A DNA stretch of 64,000 bases from Trueperaceae bacterium. Its GTDB lineage: Bacteria; Deinococcota; Deinococci; Deinococcales; Trueperaceae. The stretch lies in the NCBI GenBank assembly GCA_034521815.1, contig JAXHLW010000013.1:256001-320000 (forward strand), given 5' to 3'. The notes under the pieces are model-generated. The model made no database searches, had not been told where the DNA came from, and saw nothing but the letters and a program-made list of their open reading frames with translations. Both the position numbers and the translations under genes were made by a program. Shown here piece after piece: positions 51,124 through 61,630 of the stretch; the stretch's first letter is position 1; every line of letters starts with the position of its first letter.

Positions 51124-52317
51124 TCAGAACGCGGCGCGGCCCGTGATCTCGCGACCCAGGATCAGGGTGTGGATCGTGTCGGTCCCTTCGTAGGTCGAGA
51201 CGGTCTCGAGGTTCAGCATGTGCCGGATCGCGGCGTACTCGGTGGTGATCCCGTTGCCGCCCAGCAGGTCGCGTGCCGCGCGCGCGACGCCCAGGGCGGC
51301 TCGCACGTTGTCGCGCTTGGCCAGGCTCACGCGTGCGGGCGTATCCTTGCCCGCCTCCTTCAAGCGGCCCAGCTGGTAGGCGAGCAGGCTGCCCTTGGTG
51401 AGCTCGCCGAGCATGTCGGCGAGCTTGGACTGCACGATCTGCTTGCCTGTGAGGGGCACGCCGAACGACGGCCGCTCCTCCAGGTAGCGGACCGCCTCCT
51501 CGAAGGTCGCGAAGCCCGCGCCCAGGGCGCCGAAGGCGATGCCGAAGCGCGCCTGGTTCAGGCACGACAGCGCTCCCCCCAGGCCGACGACGTCCAGGCG
51601 GTTCGCGTCGGGAACGGCGACCTCGTCGAGGTGCAGCTCGCTGGTGACCGAGGCGCGCATGGACGCCTTCGTCTTGATGTCCTCGGCCGAGAACCCCTCG
51701 CGGTCGGTCTCGACCAGGAAGCCGAGCACCCGGCCCGAGTCCTCGTCGCGAGCCCAGACGATCGCGACGTCGGCGCGCGTGCCGCTGGTGATCCAGCGCT
51801 TCACGCCGCGGACGATCCAGTCGTCTCCGACCTTGCGGCAGCGCGTCGTCATCGCGCCGGGGTCGCTACCGGCGTCCGGCTCGGTGAGGCCGAAGCAGCC
51901 GACCGCCTCGCCCGAGGCCAGTCGCGGAAGCCACGTTTCCTTCATCGCGTCCGAGCCGTACTCGTGGATGGGCCACATCACCAGGCTGGACTGAACGCTG
52001 ACGAAGCTCCGCAGGCCGCTGTCGGCGTACTCGATCTCGCGGTTCAGCAGGCCGTAGGCGGTGTACGACGCCCCGGCGCCGCCGTACCGTTCGGGAAGCG
52101 CCACGCCCAGCATGCCCATCTCGCCGAACGCTTTCGGCAGATGGGCGGGGAACAGGCCCTCCCGCCACCACTCGCCCACGTGGGGGAGAAGCTCGGAACG
52201 CACGAACTCTCGCACGCTGTCGCGGATCATGCGCTCCTCGGGCGTGTGCAGTGCGTCGATCTCGTAGAAGTCCTGAAGCTCGCGGGAGGTCTTGCTCTCG
52301 GGTGCGGTCGCGTTCAT
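51124..52317 (-). CDS. Acyl-CoA dehydrogenase, glutaryl-CoA dehydrogenase-like
   Basis: DSGLRSFVSVQSSL, GCFGLTEPDAGSDP, G.KRWIT, LGGNGI..EY..IRH..NLE.V.TYEGT. Confidence 0.9.
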   Translation of the reverse strand: MNATAPESKTSRELQDFYEIDALHTPEERMIRDSVREFVRSELLPHVGEWWREGLFPAHLPKAFGEMGMLGVALPERYGGAGASYTAYGLLNREIEYADSGLRSFVSVQSSLVMWPIHEYGSDAMKETWLPRLASGEAVGCFGLTEPDAGSDPGAMTTRCRKVGDDWIVRGVKRWITSGTRADVAIVWARDEDSGRVLGFLVETDREGFSAEDIKTKASMRASVTSELHLDEVAVPDANRLDVVGLGGALSCLNQARFGIAFGALGAGFATFEEAVRYLEERPSFGVPLTGKQIVQSKLADMLGELTKGSLLAYQLGRLKEAGKDTPARVSLAKRDNVRAALGVARAARDLLGGNGITTEYAAIRHMLNLETVSTYEGTDTIHTLILGREITGRAAF

Positions 52318-52354
52318 GCGTCGTGAATCCTCTCAGGGCGCGCTTCGAGCGTCG

Positions 52355-52600
52355 TCACTCGCCGAACAGGTGCCGCAGCGCGTCGGCCTTGCCGGTCTTG
52401 GGGCGGAGCGCCCAACGGTTTTCGCCGACCGACTCGATGCGCTCCTGTCGTACCAGGGTGGATAGGGCCGCCTCGATCGTGTCGACGGCGAGCTCGTCGC
52501 CTCTCGCCTCGTCGACCCAGCGCTGCACGTCCCGCACGGTGGCTCCGCGGGGACCGGCTGCCTCCACGGCTTCATGAACCCAATCGTCGACGGTCGTCAT
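52355..52600 (-). CDS. Small hypothetical protein, winged-HTH-like (81 aa)
   Basis: MTTVDDWV..ATVRDVQ..TIEAALSTLVRQERI..RW pattern; TACACT -10 lies 6 nt before ATG. Confidence 0.7.
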   Translation of the reverse strand: MTTVDDWVHEAVEAAGPRGATVRDVQRWVDEARGDELAVDTIEAALSTLVRQERIESVGENRWALRPKTGKADALRHLFGE

Positions 52601-52668
52601 GCCCCGAGTGTATCGGCGCTCGCAGCTGGGGATCGCAAGGTAGGCGCCGGACCTCGGCGGGCCCACGG

Positions 52669-53649
52669 TCAGCGCGCCACCGCGTCGTCGTCCGCCGGGC
52701 GTCCGGGACGGCGGTAGACCTCGCGCGAGCCGGACGAGGCGTCGGCCCAGCTGGGCGTGCGCTCCATGGTGATCGCGTTCACCGGGCAGGCGGACACGCA
52801 CGCGTCGCATCCGATGCACTGAGACGGCTCGAGAACCAGAGCTCCGCTACCGTCGTCGTCGTACGCGCGCGAGAAGGCGTCGGTCGGACACACCCGCGTG
52901 CAGATGGGGCAGAGGATGCAGGCGTCGCTCACGAGCGGCAGCGGCCACGGCACCGCCTGGTCCGCTGGGGGGTCGGCCAGCGTGAGCGCCCGCCAGGTCC
53001 GAGCCGCCTCGGTCGGCATCTCGCCGTCGTCGTCGCCCGGGTCCAGAGGCGCCAGCGCGTCGGAAGCGCTCGTCGCCAAGCTCCGCCAGCCTCCGCGAAG
53101 CAGCGCCCGGCGATCGATCGTCTCTGCGGTGTCCTCGTCGTCCAGCTCGTCCCGTCGCTCGACGCGGATCTCGCGCTCGCTTCCGCGCATCTCCAGCAGC
53201 ACGCGCGCCCGCTCGGCCACGCCGTGAATCGCGTCCAGGACAGCCGGGCCACCGACCTCGCAGTCGGCGCAGTCGCCGTGGGCCAGCACCACGGAGGTCC
53301 GCCCCCGCAACAGCTTGTGCAGGTCGGTGGGCCGAAGCCGGGCGAGGCAGTGCACCGTCTGCGCGTCACCGCTCACGCGGGAGCACTTCACGGGGCGGCC
53401 CGCGGACAGGCGCAGCTTGGGCTCGAGCGCTTGCGACGGGCACGCCTGGACGCACAGCCCGCAGCCGCTGCAGTCGACGTCGTCGATCTCGACCCCGCGT
53501 CCACGCACGGTGACGGCGTCGTGGGGACAGACGTCGGCGCAGCGTGTGCAGGCGGCCGGGGATTGCCGCACCGCCAGACAGCGGGCCTTCGTGAACTCGG
53601 GCCGAACGTCGGCGGCGCGGAAGACGAAGCTCAGGAGATCGTCGAACAT
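52669..53649 (-). CDS. Polyferredoxin-like 4Fe-4S protein
   Basis: CTRCADVCP, CSGCGLCVQACP, CILCPICTRVCP, CIGCDACVSACP; GGAGAG RBS. Confidence 0.88.
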   Translation of the reverse strand: MFDDLLSFVFRAADVRPEFTKARCLAVRQSPAACTRCADVCPHDAVTVRGRGVEIDDVDCSGCGLCVQACPSQALEPKLRLSAGRPVKCSRVSGDAQTVHCLARLRPTDLHKLLRGRTSVVLAHGDCADCEVGGPAVLDAIHGVAERARVLLEMRGSEREIRVERRDELDDEDTAETIDRRALLRGGWRSLATSASDALAPLDPGDDDGEMPTEAARTWRALTLADPPADQAVPWPLPLVSDACILCPICTRVCPTDAFSRAYDDDGSGALVLEPSQCIGCDACVSACPVNAITMERTPSWADASSGSREVYRRPGRPADDDAVAR

Positions 53650-53698
53650 GAACTCTCCAGGGTGCGGTGGACGCCGTCCCATCCGCACGGATCGTGAC

Positions 53699-54800
53699 TC
53701 AGAAGCCGTACACCTCGTGGCGCTGGGGGCTCAGCTTCTTGGCGTAGCCGGTCGCTTCGAGGTAGGCGTCGAAGTCGTCGAAGTCCAGCTGCTGCTTCTG
53801 ATCCGAAAGGGCCACGGCGGGGTTGGGGTGCACCTCGACCATGATGCCGTCGGCGCCGACGGCCAGACCGGCCTTGGTGAGCGGGACCAGCAGGTCGCGG
53901 CGACCGCCGGAGTGCGTGACGTCGACGACGACGGGAAGGTGCGTCTCGAGCTTGGCGAGGGCGACCGCGGAGACGTCCAGCGTGTTCCGGGTGGTCGGCT
54001 CGTAGGTACGGATGCCGCGCTCGCACAGGATCACGTTCGGGTTCCCCTCGTGCAGAAGGTACTCCGCCGCCATCACCCACTCCTGGATCGTGGCGGACAG
54101 GCCCCTCTTGAGCAGGACCGGCTTGCGGCTCCGCCCGATCGCCCGAAGCAACGTGAAGTTGTGCATGTTGCGGGCGCCGATCTGGAGCACGTCGGCATGC
54201 TCCTCGAACGCCGGCAGGTCGCGCGCGTCCATGATCTCGGCGACGAACTTCAGGCCGTTCGCGTCCGCGGCCTCTCGGCCGAGGCGAAGACCGTCGACGC
54301 CGAGGCCCTGGAACGAGTACGGGTCGGTGCGTGGCTTGAACGCCCCACCGCGGAACAGGGTCACGCCGCGCGAGGCGAGGCGCTCGGCGGTGATGTTGAT
54401 CTGCTCGCGCGACTCGATCGCGCACGGTCCGGCGATCAGCACCGGTGGTTCACCCGAGCCGACGCGAAGGTCGCCGATCTCGACGATCGTGTCGCGGTCC
54501 CGGGACGCGCCGCGAGGTGAGGTAGCTCTTCTTGTCCTGTTCCTGTTCGAGGTGCATCGACGCCTGGAAGATCTGCTTGAACAGGCTCTTGACGGTGGCG
54601 TCGTCGAACGGGCCGCGGTTCGCGGCGGTCAGGGCGTCGAGCATGGCCTGTTCGCGGACCGGATCGTAGTGCGACGACCCGGTCTGCGTCTGAAGCTCGC
54701 CGATGGCCTCGGCCAGCTCGGCGCGCTTCGAGAGCTTGTCGAGGATCTCGAGGTTCAGGGTGTCGATGTCGTCACGAAGGCTCCGGATCTTCGCTTCCAT
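53699..54800 (-). CDS. Bifunctional chorismate mutase / DAHP synthase (type I-beta), split by a 1-nt frameshift near 54511
   Basis: AroQ domain (LR..ID.LN..IL..L.KR, YDPVRE, GPF) in 54450..54800; IAGPC, GGAFKPRT.PY.FQG, QIGARNM.NF, LCERGIRT, SD..QQL in 53699..54442; same architecture as Bacillus AroA(Q). Confidence 0.9.
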
Positions 54801-55503
54801 GGCGTTCCTTCCGCTGCGATAGGCGTACGACGAGGATGGTGAGCTCGTAAAGTACCACGAGCGGTCCTGCGACGAGGGCGAAGTTGAACGGGTCCGCGGT
54901 CGGGGTGATCACCGCTGCGAGCACCATCCCGCCGACGATCGCCCAGCGGCGGTACTGCGTCATCAGCCGGGCGCGCAGGATGCCGATGCGGGCCAGCAGG
55001 TAGCCCAGGACGGGCATCTCGAACATCAGGCCGAACACGCCCATCAGCAGCAGCAGCGCCGAGATGTAGCGGCCGATCGACAGCAGGCCTTGCGCCTCGC
55101 CGCCCAGGAAGCTGAGCAGGATCGGAATCGTGAACGGAAGGACCACCCAGTAGGCGAACGCCACGCCTCCCGCGAAGGCGAGGGCGGTGAAGAGGATGAA
55201 CGGTATGGCGTAGCGGCGCTCTTCCGGGTAGAGGCCGGGCGCGAGGAACGCCCAGATCTGCGACACGATCACCGGCGCGGCCAGCACCAGGCCGAAGAAC
55301 GAGGCGATCTGCATGCTGGCGACGAACGGCTCGAGGATCGAGAAGTAGTTCAGCGTCATCGAGTCCGGCAGCGGGGCCTTGAGCCAGTCCAGCAGCTGGA
55401 ACCGCACGGTGAAGGCGATCGCGGCCGCGACGACCCACGCGCCCAGCGACACGAACAGCCGGGTGCGGAGCTCCGCGAAGTGGTCGATCAGGGTCATGGC
55501 CAT
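54772..55503 (-). CDS. tatC: Twin-arginine translocase subunit TatC
   Basis: LIDH..ELR.RL, QIWAFLAPGLY.EERR, FEMPV, AAVITPT.DP, LYE. Confidence 0.95.
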   Translation of the reverse strand: MAMTLIDHFAELRTRLFVSLGAWVVAAAIAFTVRFQLLDWLKAPLPDSMTLNYFSILEPFVASMQIASFFGLVLAAPVIVSQIWAFLAPGLYPEERRYAIPFILFTALAFAGGVAFAYWVVLPFTIPILLSFLGGEAQGLLSIGRYISALLLLMGVFGLMFEMPVLGYLLARIGILRARLMTQYRRWAIVGGMVLAAVITPTADPFNFALVAGPLVVLYELTILVVRLSQRKERHGSEDPEPS

Positions 55504-55585
55504 GGCGAAGGGGAGGGCCCGACGGAGCTCGGCGGCGCGCTACGCGAGCGCGCCGCCGAGCGGAGGCGCAGGCCGACGCGGCACC

Positions 55586-55924
55586 TCAAGCGTCCGGGGC
55601 GACCTTCTTGTCGGGGTCGTCGGAGCGGGGCTCGCTGGCGGCCTCGGGATCGCTGCTGGTCACCGGCTCGCTGGCGGTCACGGGGGGCTGGCGCGTCTCG
55701 CTCGCGGGCTTGGGCTCGCTGGACGCCTTCGACGGCGTGGCTGCCGGCTCGCCCTTCTCGCCTTCCTCGAAATCGTTCTTGATGTCGCGGATGCCCTTGC
55801 GGAACTCACGGACCGACTGACCGAGACCCTTGGCCATCTCGGGAAGGCGGCGCGGACCGAAGATGAGCAGCACCACGACCAGGATGATGAGCAGTTCCCA
55901 GATTCCCAGTGGACCGATACGCAT
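55586..55924 (-). CDS. tatA: Twin-arginine translocase subunit TatA
   Basis: GIWELLIIL..LLIFGP.RLPE.AKGLG..VREFRKG; GGAGG RBS. Confidence 0.95.
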   Translation of the reverse strand: MRIGPLGIWELLIILVVVLLIFGPRRLPEMAKGLGQSVREFRKGIRDIKNDFEEGEKGEPAATPSKASSEPKPASETRQPPVTASEPVTSSDPEAASEPRSDDPDKKVAPDA

Positions 55925-56083
55925 TCGGGGACCTCCTGGCTGGAATGGTACCACCTGTTTTCGGGACGTTTGGGAACGGGCCGACAGGCTCGGAGATGAG
56001 CTCGGCGGCGCCGCTCCGGAAGGGCCTTCGGGGCTCTGGCCACCCGCTCTCCGGCGGGCCGCGGAAGCGGTCTCGCGGAGTCG

Positions 56084-56112
56084 TTGACACCCCCTGGGGC
56101 CCGTGCTAGTCT
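56084..56112 (+). promoter_or_regulatory. Strong sigma70 promoter of the tRNA-tuf operon
   Basis: TTGACA-17 nt-TAGTCT with TG extension. Confidence 0.8.
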
Positions 56113-56162
56113 CCTAGACCGGACGCGGAAAGAGGCGTCGTGACGTCACCGACGAGGAGGAT

Positions 56163-56238
56163 GCCACCCTAGCTCAACTGGTAGAGCATCCGACTTGTAA
56201 TCGGAAGGTTGTCGGTTCGATTCCGATGGGTGGCTCCA
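56163..56238 (+). tRNA. tRNA-Thr(TGT)
   Basis: GCCACCC/GGGTGGC acceptor, anticodon loop CT-TGT-AA, GGTTCGATTCC, encoded CCA. Confidence 0.96.
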
Positions 56239-56277
56239 CGTTTGCGCCGCGCGCGTCCGATCGGCTTTGGGCCGCAT

Positions 56278-56363
56278 GGGTAGGTGCCCGAGTGGTTAAA
56301 GGGGACGGACTGTAAATCCGTTGGCTTATGCCTACGCTGGTTCGAATCCAGCCCTACCCACCA
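56278..56363 (+). tRNA. tRNA-Tyr(GTA)
   Basis: GGGTAGG/CCTACCC, CT-GTA-AA, long variable arm, GGTTCGAATCC, CCA. Confidence 0.96.
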
Positions 56364-56447
56364 CGCTGGAAGCCGGTCACGCCTCGAGCCGGTCCGCGGC
56401 CGTTCCGCGGGTTTTCGATCCGGGTCAGGGGCCCTCGCTCCGACCTC

Positions 56448-56523
<76 letters not shown>

Positions 56524-56571
56524 GGCGTCCGTGGCCCCATCGGCTCAGGACGCGATCCCGGGTCCAGGTAG

Positions 56572-56646
<75 letters not shown>

Positions 56647-56766
56647 AATCCCAGGCCCCGTAGAACGACGCGATCCGTCGGAGCACGTCCCGCGGATCGT
56701 GACTCGTCTGTCGCCGCGGCGGGCCCTACACCCTCCCGCACGGCGCGAAGGAAAGGACCAGACACC

Positions 56767-57984
56767 ATGGCGAAAGCTACGTTCAACCGTACGAAGCCGC
56801 ATGTGAATGTTGGGACGATTGGGCATGTGGATCATGGGAAGACGACGTTGACGGCGGCGATTACGTTTGCTGCTGCGGCGATGGATCCGTCGGCGACGAC
56901 GATGTCGTATGACCAGATCGATAAGGCGCCGGAGGAGAAGGCGCGTGGGATTACGATTAATACGTCGCATGTGGAGTATCAGACGGAGTCGCGTCATTAC
57001 AGTCATGTGGATTGTCCGGGGCATGCGGATTATGTGAAGAACATGATTACGGGTGCTGCGCAGATGGATGGTGCGGTGTTGGTGGTGTCGGCGGCGGATG
57101 GTCCGATGCCGCAGACGCGTGAGCACATTTTGTTGGCTCGGCAGGTGGGGGTTCCTTACATTTCCGTGTTTTTGAACAAGGTGGACATGGTGGATGATGA
57201 GGAGCTTTTGGAGCTTGTGGAGATGGAGGTTCGTGAGCTTTTGTCGTCTTACGAGTTTCCTGGGGATGATGTGCCTGTGGTGTCTGGGTCTGCGTTGAAG
57301 GCGTTGGAGGCGTTGTCGGCGAATCCGAATGTGCAGCGTGGTGAGGATGCGTGGGTGGATAAGGTTTGGGAGCTTTTGGATGCGGTGGATGCGTATATTC
57401 CGACGCCTGAGCGGGATGTGGATAAGCCGTTTTTGATGCCTGTCGAGGATGTGTTCACGATTACGGGTCGTGGGACGGTGGCGACGGGTCGTGTTGAGCG
57501 GGGTGTTGTGAAGACGGGGGATGAGGTGGAGGTTGTTGGTCTTTCGAATACGCGGAAGACGGTTGTGACGGGTGTGGAGATGCATCGGAAGACGTTGGAT
57601 AGTGGGATGGCTGGGGATAATGTCGGGGTTTTGCTTCGTGGTGTGGCGCGGGATGATATCGAGCGTGGGCAGGTGCTTGCGAAGCCGGGTTCGATTACGC
57701 CGCATACGAGGTTTTCTGGGAGTGTGTACATTTTGAGGAAGGAGGAGGGGGGGCGTCATTCGGCGTTTTTTGCGGGGTATCGTCCTCAGTTTTACTTTCG
57801 GACGACGGATGTGACGGGGGTTTGTACGTTGCCGTCGGATGTGGAGATGGTGATGCCGGGGGATAATGTGGAGTTGTCGGTGGAGTTGATCAAGCCGATT
57901 GCGATGGAGGAGGGTCTTCGCTTCGCGATTCGTGAGGGTGGTCGTACGGTGGGTGCGGGCGTCGTGACGGGAATCCAGGAGTAG
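56767..57984 (+). CDS. tuf: Elongation factor Tu
   Basis: [52 protein letters not shown]. Confidence 0.99.
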   Translation: MAKATFNRTKPHVNVGTIGHVDHGKTTLTAAITFAAAAMDPSATTMSYDQIDKAPEEKARGITINTSHVEYQTESRHYSHVDCPGHADYVKNMITGAAQMDGAVLVVSAADGPMPQTREHILLARQVGVPYISVFLNKVDMVDDEELLELVEMEVRELLSSYEFPGDDVPVVSGSALKALEALSANPNVQRGEDAWVDKVWELLDAVDAYIPTPERDVDKPFLMPVEDVFTITGRGTVATGRVERGVVKTGDEVEVVGLSNTRKTVVTGVEMHRKTLDSGMAGDNVGVLLRGVARDDIERGQVLAKPGSITPHTRFSGSVYILRKEEGGRHSAFFAGYRPQFYFRTTDVTGVCTLPSDVEMVMPGDNVELSVELIKPIAMEEGLRFAIREGGRTVGAGVVTGIQE

Positions 57985-58359
57985 GCGCTTCACAGGTCCG
58001 CGGGCTCACGCCGCCGGCGGCCTGCGAACGGACGGTTTCCGGACGTGACACGTCCGGTCCGTCCGTCTGCTATCCTGCTCAGGTTGCACCGCCGCGATGC
58101 GGACCGGCGCACTGCCGCGGAGCCTGCGCGGGGCTGTTCGATCACAGGACCGTTCCGCTCGAAGACCCGGCCGCTCGAAGGCCGTCCGCTCCAAACCACC
58201 GCGCTCGCGGGCGCGATCGCACCCCTGACGGCGTCTCGTCCGAACGACCCTCGTGGAATCGCACGACCGAACGAGCACGACCGCACGAACCACGACGAGC
58301 CACGGAACGTACGATGCAAGGCGCTACGGAGGAAGGCACCACGGAAACGGGAGACCATC

Positions 58360-58524
58360 ATGGCGAGTGACGTCCGCATCAAGCTTCTGCTCGAGTGCAC
58401 CGAGTGCAAGCGTCGAAACTACGCGACGAACAAGAATCGGCGCAACACCACGACCAAGCTCGAGCTGAGCAAGTACTGCCCCTGGGACCGCAAGCACACC
58501 AAGCACCGTGAAGTGAAGGTGTGA
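58360..58524 (+). CDS. rpmG: 50S ribosomal protein bL33
   Basis: [41 protein letters not shown]. Confidence 0.97.
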   Translation: MASDVRIKLLLECTECKRRNYATNKNRRNTTTKLELSKYCPWDRKHTKHREVKV

Positions 58525-58527
58525 GGC

Positions 58528-58707
58528 GTGAAGACGATCATGCAGTACCTCCGCAACTCCCGCGCCGAGCTCGGACGGGTCACCTGGCCCACCCGCAGCG
58601 AGGTGATTCAGTCCACCCAGGCGACGCTCCTGTTCGTGCTGATCACGGTCGCCTTCTTGCTGGTCGCCGACACGACGCTCGGCAACCTCATCGGCCTGCT
58701 CACCTGA
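58528..58707 (+). CDS. secE: Preprotein translocase subunit SecE
   Basis: Not in ORF track; reads [59 protein letters not shown]. Confidence 0.95.
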   Translation: MKTIMQYLRNSRAELGRVTWPTRSEVIQSTQATLLFVLITVAFLLVADTTLGNLIGLLT

Positions 58708-58762
58708 CCGTTTCTTCGTCGACCCCACCGTGGGGCGTTCGGCCCCAGGAGGACCGAGGCGC

Positions 58763-59320
58763 ATGAGCATCGAATGGTACGCCGTCCACACGTACGTGGG
58801 ACACGAGGACAAGGTCAAGGAGAACATCACGGGACGGGCGCGCACGCTCGGGATCTCGGATATGATCTACCAGGTCGTCGTTCCCAGCGAGGAGACGGTG
58901 GAGCACGCCCCGGGCGGCAAGCGCGAGGTCGTCAAGCGCAAGCTGTTTCCCGGGTACATCTTCGTGCAGATGGACCTCGGCGACAATCCCGACGAGCCCA
59001 ACGAAGCGTGGGAGGTCGTGCGCTACACGCCGGGCGTCACCGGCTTCGTCGGCACGTCCACGCACGCGGTGCCCCTCTCGCCCGACGAGGAGCTGCGCAT
59101 GCTGGGCACGCTGGGCATCACCGGCTCGAAGGAGGCCCCGAAGATCAAGGTCACCTTCCATGTCGGCGACATGGTGCAGGTCACCTCGGGCCCGTTCGCC
59201 GACTTCACCGGCGTCGTCTCGGAAGTCAACCCCGATCGCGGCACCCTCAAGGTGCTCGTCTCGATCTTCGGGCGGGAGACCCCCGTCGAACTCGACTTCG
59301 CGCAGGTCGTCAAGAGCTGA
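58763..59320 (+). CDS. nusG: Transcription termination/antitermination factor NusG
   Basis: [44 protein letters not shown]. Confidence 0.97.
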   Translation: MSIEWYAVHTYVGHEDKVKENITGRARTLGISDMIYQVVVPSEETVEHAPGGKREVVKRKLFPGYIFVQMDLGDNPDEPNEAWEVVRYTPGVTGFVGTSTHAVPLSPDEELRMLGTLGITGSKEAPKIKVTFHVGDMVQVTSGPFADFTGVVSEVNPDRGTLKVLVSIFGRETPVELDFAQVVKS

Positions 59321-59388
59321 CGACGCTGACGCGTCGCGCGCACGAACCCCGGCGCTGGCCAGCGCACGGGGGAGCGTAAGGAGGAATC

Positions 59389-59821
59389 ATGGCCAAGAAA
59401 GTCGTAGGGATCGTCAAGCTGCAGCTGCCGGCCGGGGGCGCCACACCGGCTCCGCCCGTGGGGCCGGCGCTGGGCCAGTACGGTGCCAACATCATGCAGT
59501 TCGTCAAGGAGTACAACGCCGCGACCGCCAGCCAGGCGGGCGCCGTCGTGCCGGTCGAGATCACCATCTTCGCCGACCGCTCCTTCACCTTCGTCATGCG
59601 CACGCCGCCCGCGAGCTACCTGATCAAGCAGGCCGCTGGCGTGCAGAAGGGCTCGGGCGTGCCGGACGCCGAGAAGGTCGGCTCGATCAGCTGGGACCAG
59701 TGCCTGGAGATCGGCCGGACGAAGATGGAAGACCTGAACGCCGGCGACGAGGTCGCCGCCGCGCGCATCATCGCCGGCAGCGCCCGCTCGATGGGCGTGA
59801 CCGTGGAAGGGGCGCCCGATC

Positions 59822-59829
<8 letters not shown>
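59389..59829 (+). CDS. rplK: 50S ribosomal protein uL11
   Basis: [32 protein letters not shown]. Confidence 0.98.
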
Positions 59830-60505
<676 letters not shown>

Positions 60506-60569
60506 TTCTGCATCCCGGTGCGTAGCGGGGGCTAGCACGCCCTCCTCGGGCGTCGCCCGAACCACCTGA

Positions 60570-60625
60570 TGGCGTTGGAGACAGCAGGGGCCGGCCAGGC
60601 TTAAAGATCCTGCCGAGGCGTCCGG
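60570..60625 (+). ncRNA. L10 ribosomal protein leader (cis-regulatory)
   Basis: GAGACAGCAGG...TTAA...CCTGCCGAGG pattern upstream of rplJ. Confidence 0.75.
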
Positions 60626-60713
60626 GAGCGGCGAGAAGCCGCAGCCCGCGCTACGCTTCGCGGCACGTTCGCACCGCCGGTGCGGACGACACGAGAACGA
60701 ACGGGAGCATTCC

Positions 60714-61244
60714 ATGGCGAATCCAAAGAACGAAGCGACGGTCGCCGCGCTCCGCGAGTCACTCGCGGACGTGAAGACCTTTTTCGTCGTGGACTATCAG
60801 GGTCTCTCCGCGGGGGACCTCGGCAGGTTGCGCGCTTCGGTGCGCACCGCCGGTGGTCGCTTGCTCGTCGCCAAGAACACGTTGATCAACGTGGTCCTCA
60901 GGGAACAGGGGATCGACGGGTTCGACGAGACGTTGCAAGGTCCCAGCGCTCTGGTGCTGATCGGGGACGACCCGGTCGCGCCGGCGAAGGCGCTGACGGA
61001 CTTCGCGAAAGACCATCCGAAGGAGCTGCCCGCCGCCAAGGGCGGTCTGCTCCAAGGCGGTCAGGTCGGGCCCGAAGCGCTCGCCCGGATCGCCAAGCTG
61101 CCTACCCGCGACGAACTCCTCAGCCAGGTCATCGGTGTGCTTCAAGCCCCGATGCAGCAGCTGGTCGGCGTTCTCGAGGGACCGCAGCGGGACCTGGTGT
61201 CCGTGATGAACAACTACGCAGAGAAGATGAAGGAAGGGAACTGA
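60714..61244 (+). CDS. rplJ: 50S ribosomal protein uL10
   Basis: VDYQGL, LR...[19 protein letters not shown]. Confidence 0.96.
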   Translation: MANPKNEATVAALRESLADVKTFFVVDYQGLSAGDLGRLRASVRTAGGRLLVAKNTLINVVLREQGIDGFDETLQGPSALVLIGDDPVAPAKALTDFAKDHPKELPAAKGGLLQGGQVGPEALARIAKLPTRDELLSQVIGVLQAPMQQLVGVLEGPQRDLVSVMNNYAEKMKEGN

Positions 61245-61245
61245 C

Positions 61246-61630
61246 ATGGCATTCGATAAACAAGCGATGGTGGATCAGCTCAGCGGCCTCACGGTCCTGG
61301 AGCTGGTGGATCTGGTGGACTCCCTCAAGGAGACGTGGGGCGTCGAAGCGGCTGCCGCCATGCCGGCCGGCATGATGATGGCCGCGGGCCGCTGCGCCCG
61401 AAGCGGCCGCCGCGGAAGAACAGACGGAGTTCACGGTCTCGATCACGAGCGCCGGGGACAAGAAGCTGCAGGTGATCAAGGAAGTTCGCGCGATCACGCA
61501 GCTCGGCCTCAAGGAGGCCAAGGAGCTCGTCGAGTCCGGCGGCGTCGTCCGGGAGGACATCTCCAAGGACGAGGCCGACGAGATCAAGCAGAAGCTCGAA
61601 GCCGCGGGCGCGTCCGTCGAGGTCAAGTAA
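61246..61630 (+). CDS. rplL: 50S ribosomal protein bL12, frameshifted near 61387
   Basis: LTVLEL.DLV..L.E.WGV then, in the next frame, [52 protein letters not shown]. Confidence 0.95.

Noticed and set aside
56767-57984. tuf as a horizontally acquired low-GC gene or a sequencing artefact
   Set aside because: The shift is C to T/G at silent sites with almost no gain in A, the frame is intact and the context is native; random errors would not be synonymous. It cannot be excluded fully without phylogeny.
61246-61630. rplL, CM/DAHP synthase, RsmC-like, methyltransferase and CBS-like genes as true pseudogenes
   Set aside because: Each has a single 1-nt break with no other decay, and one gene is essential; indel error is more parsimonious.
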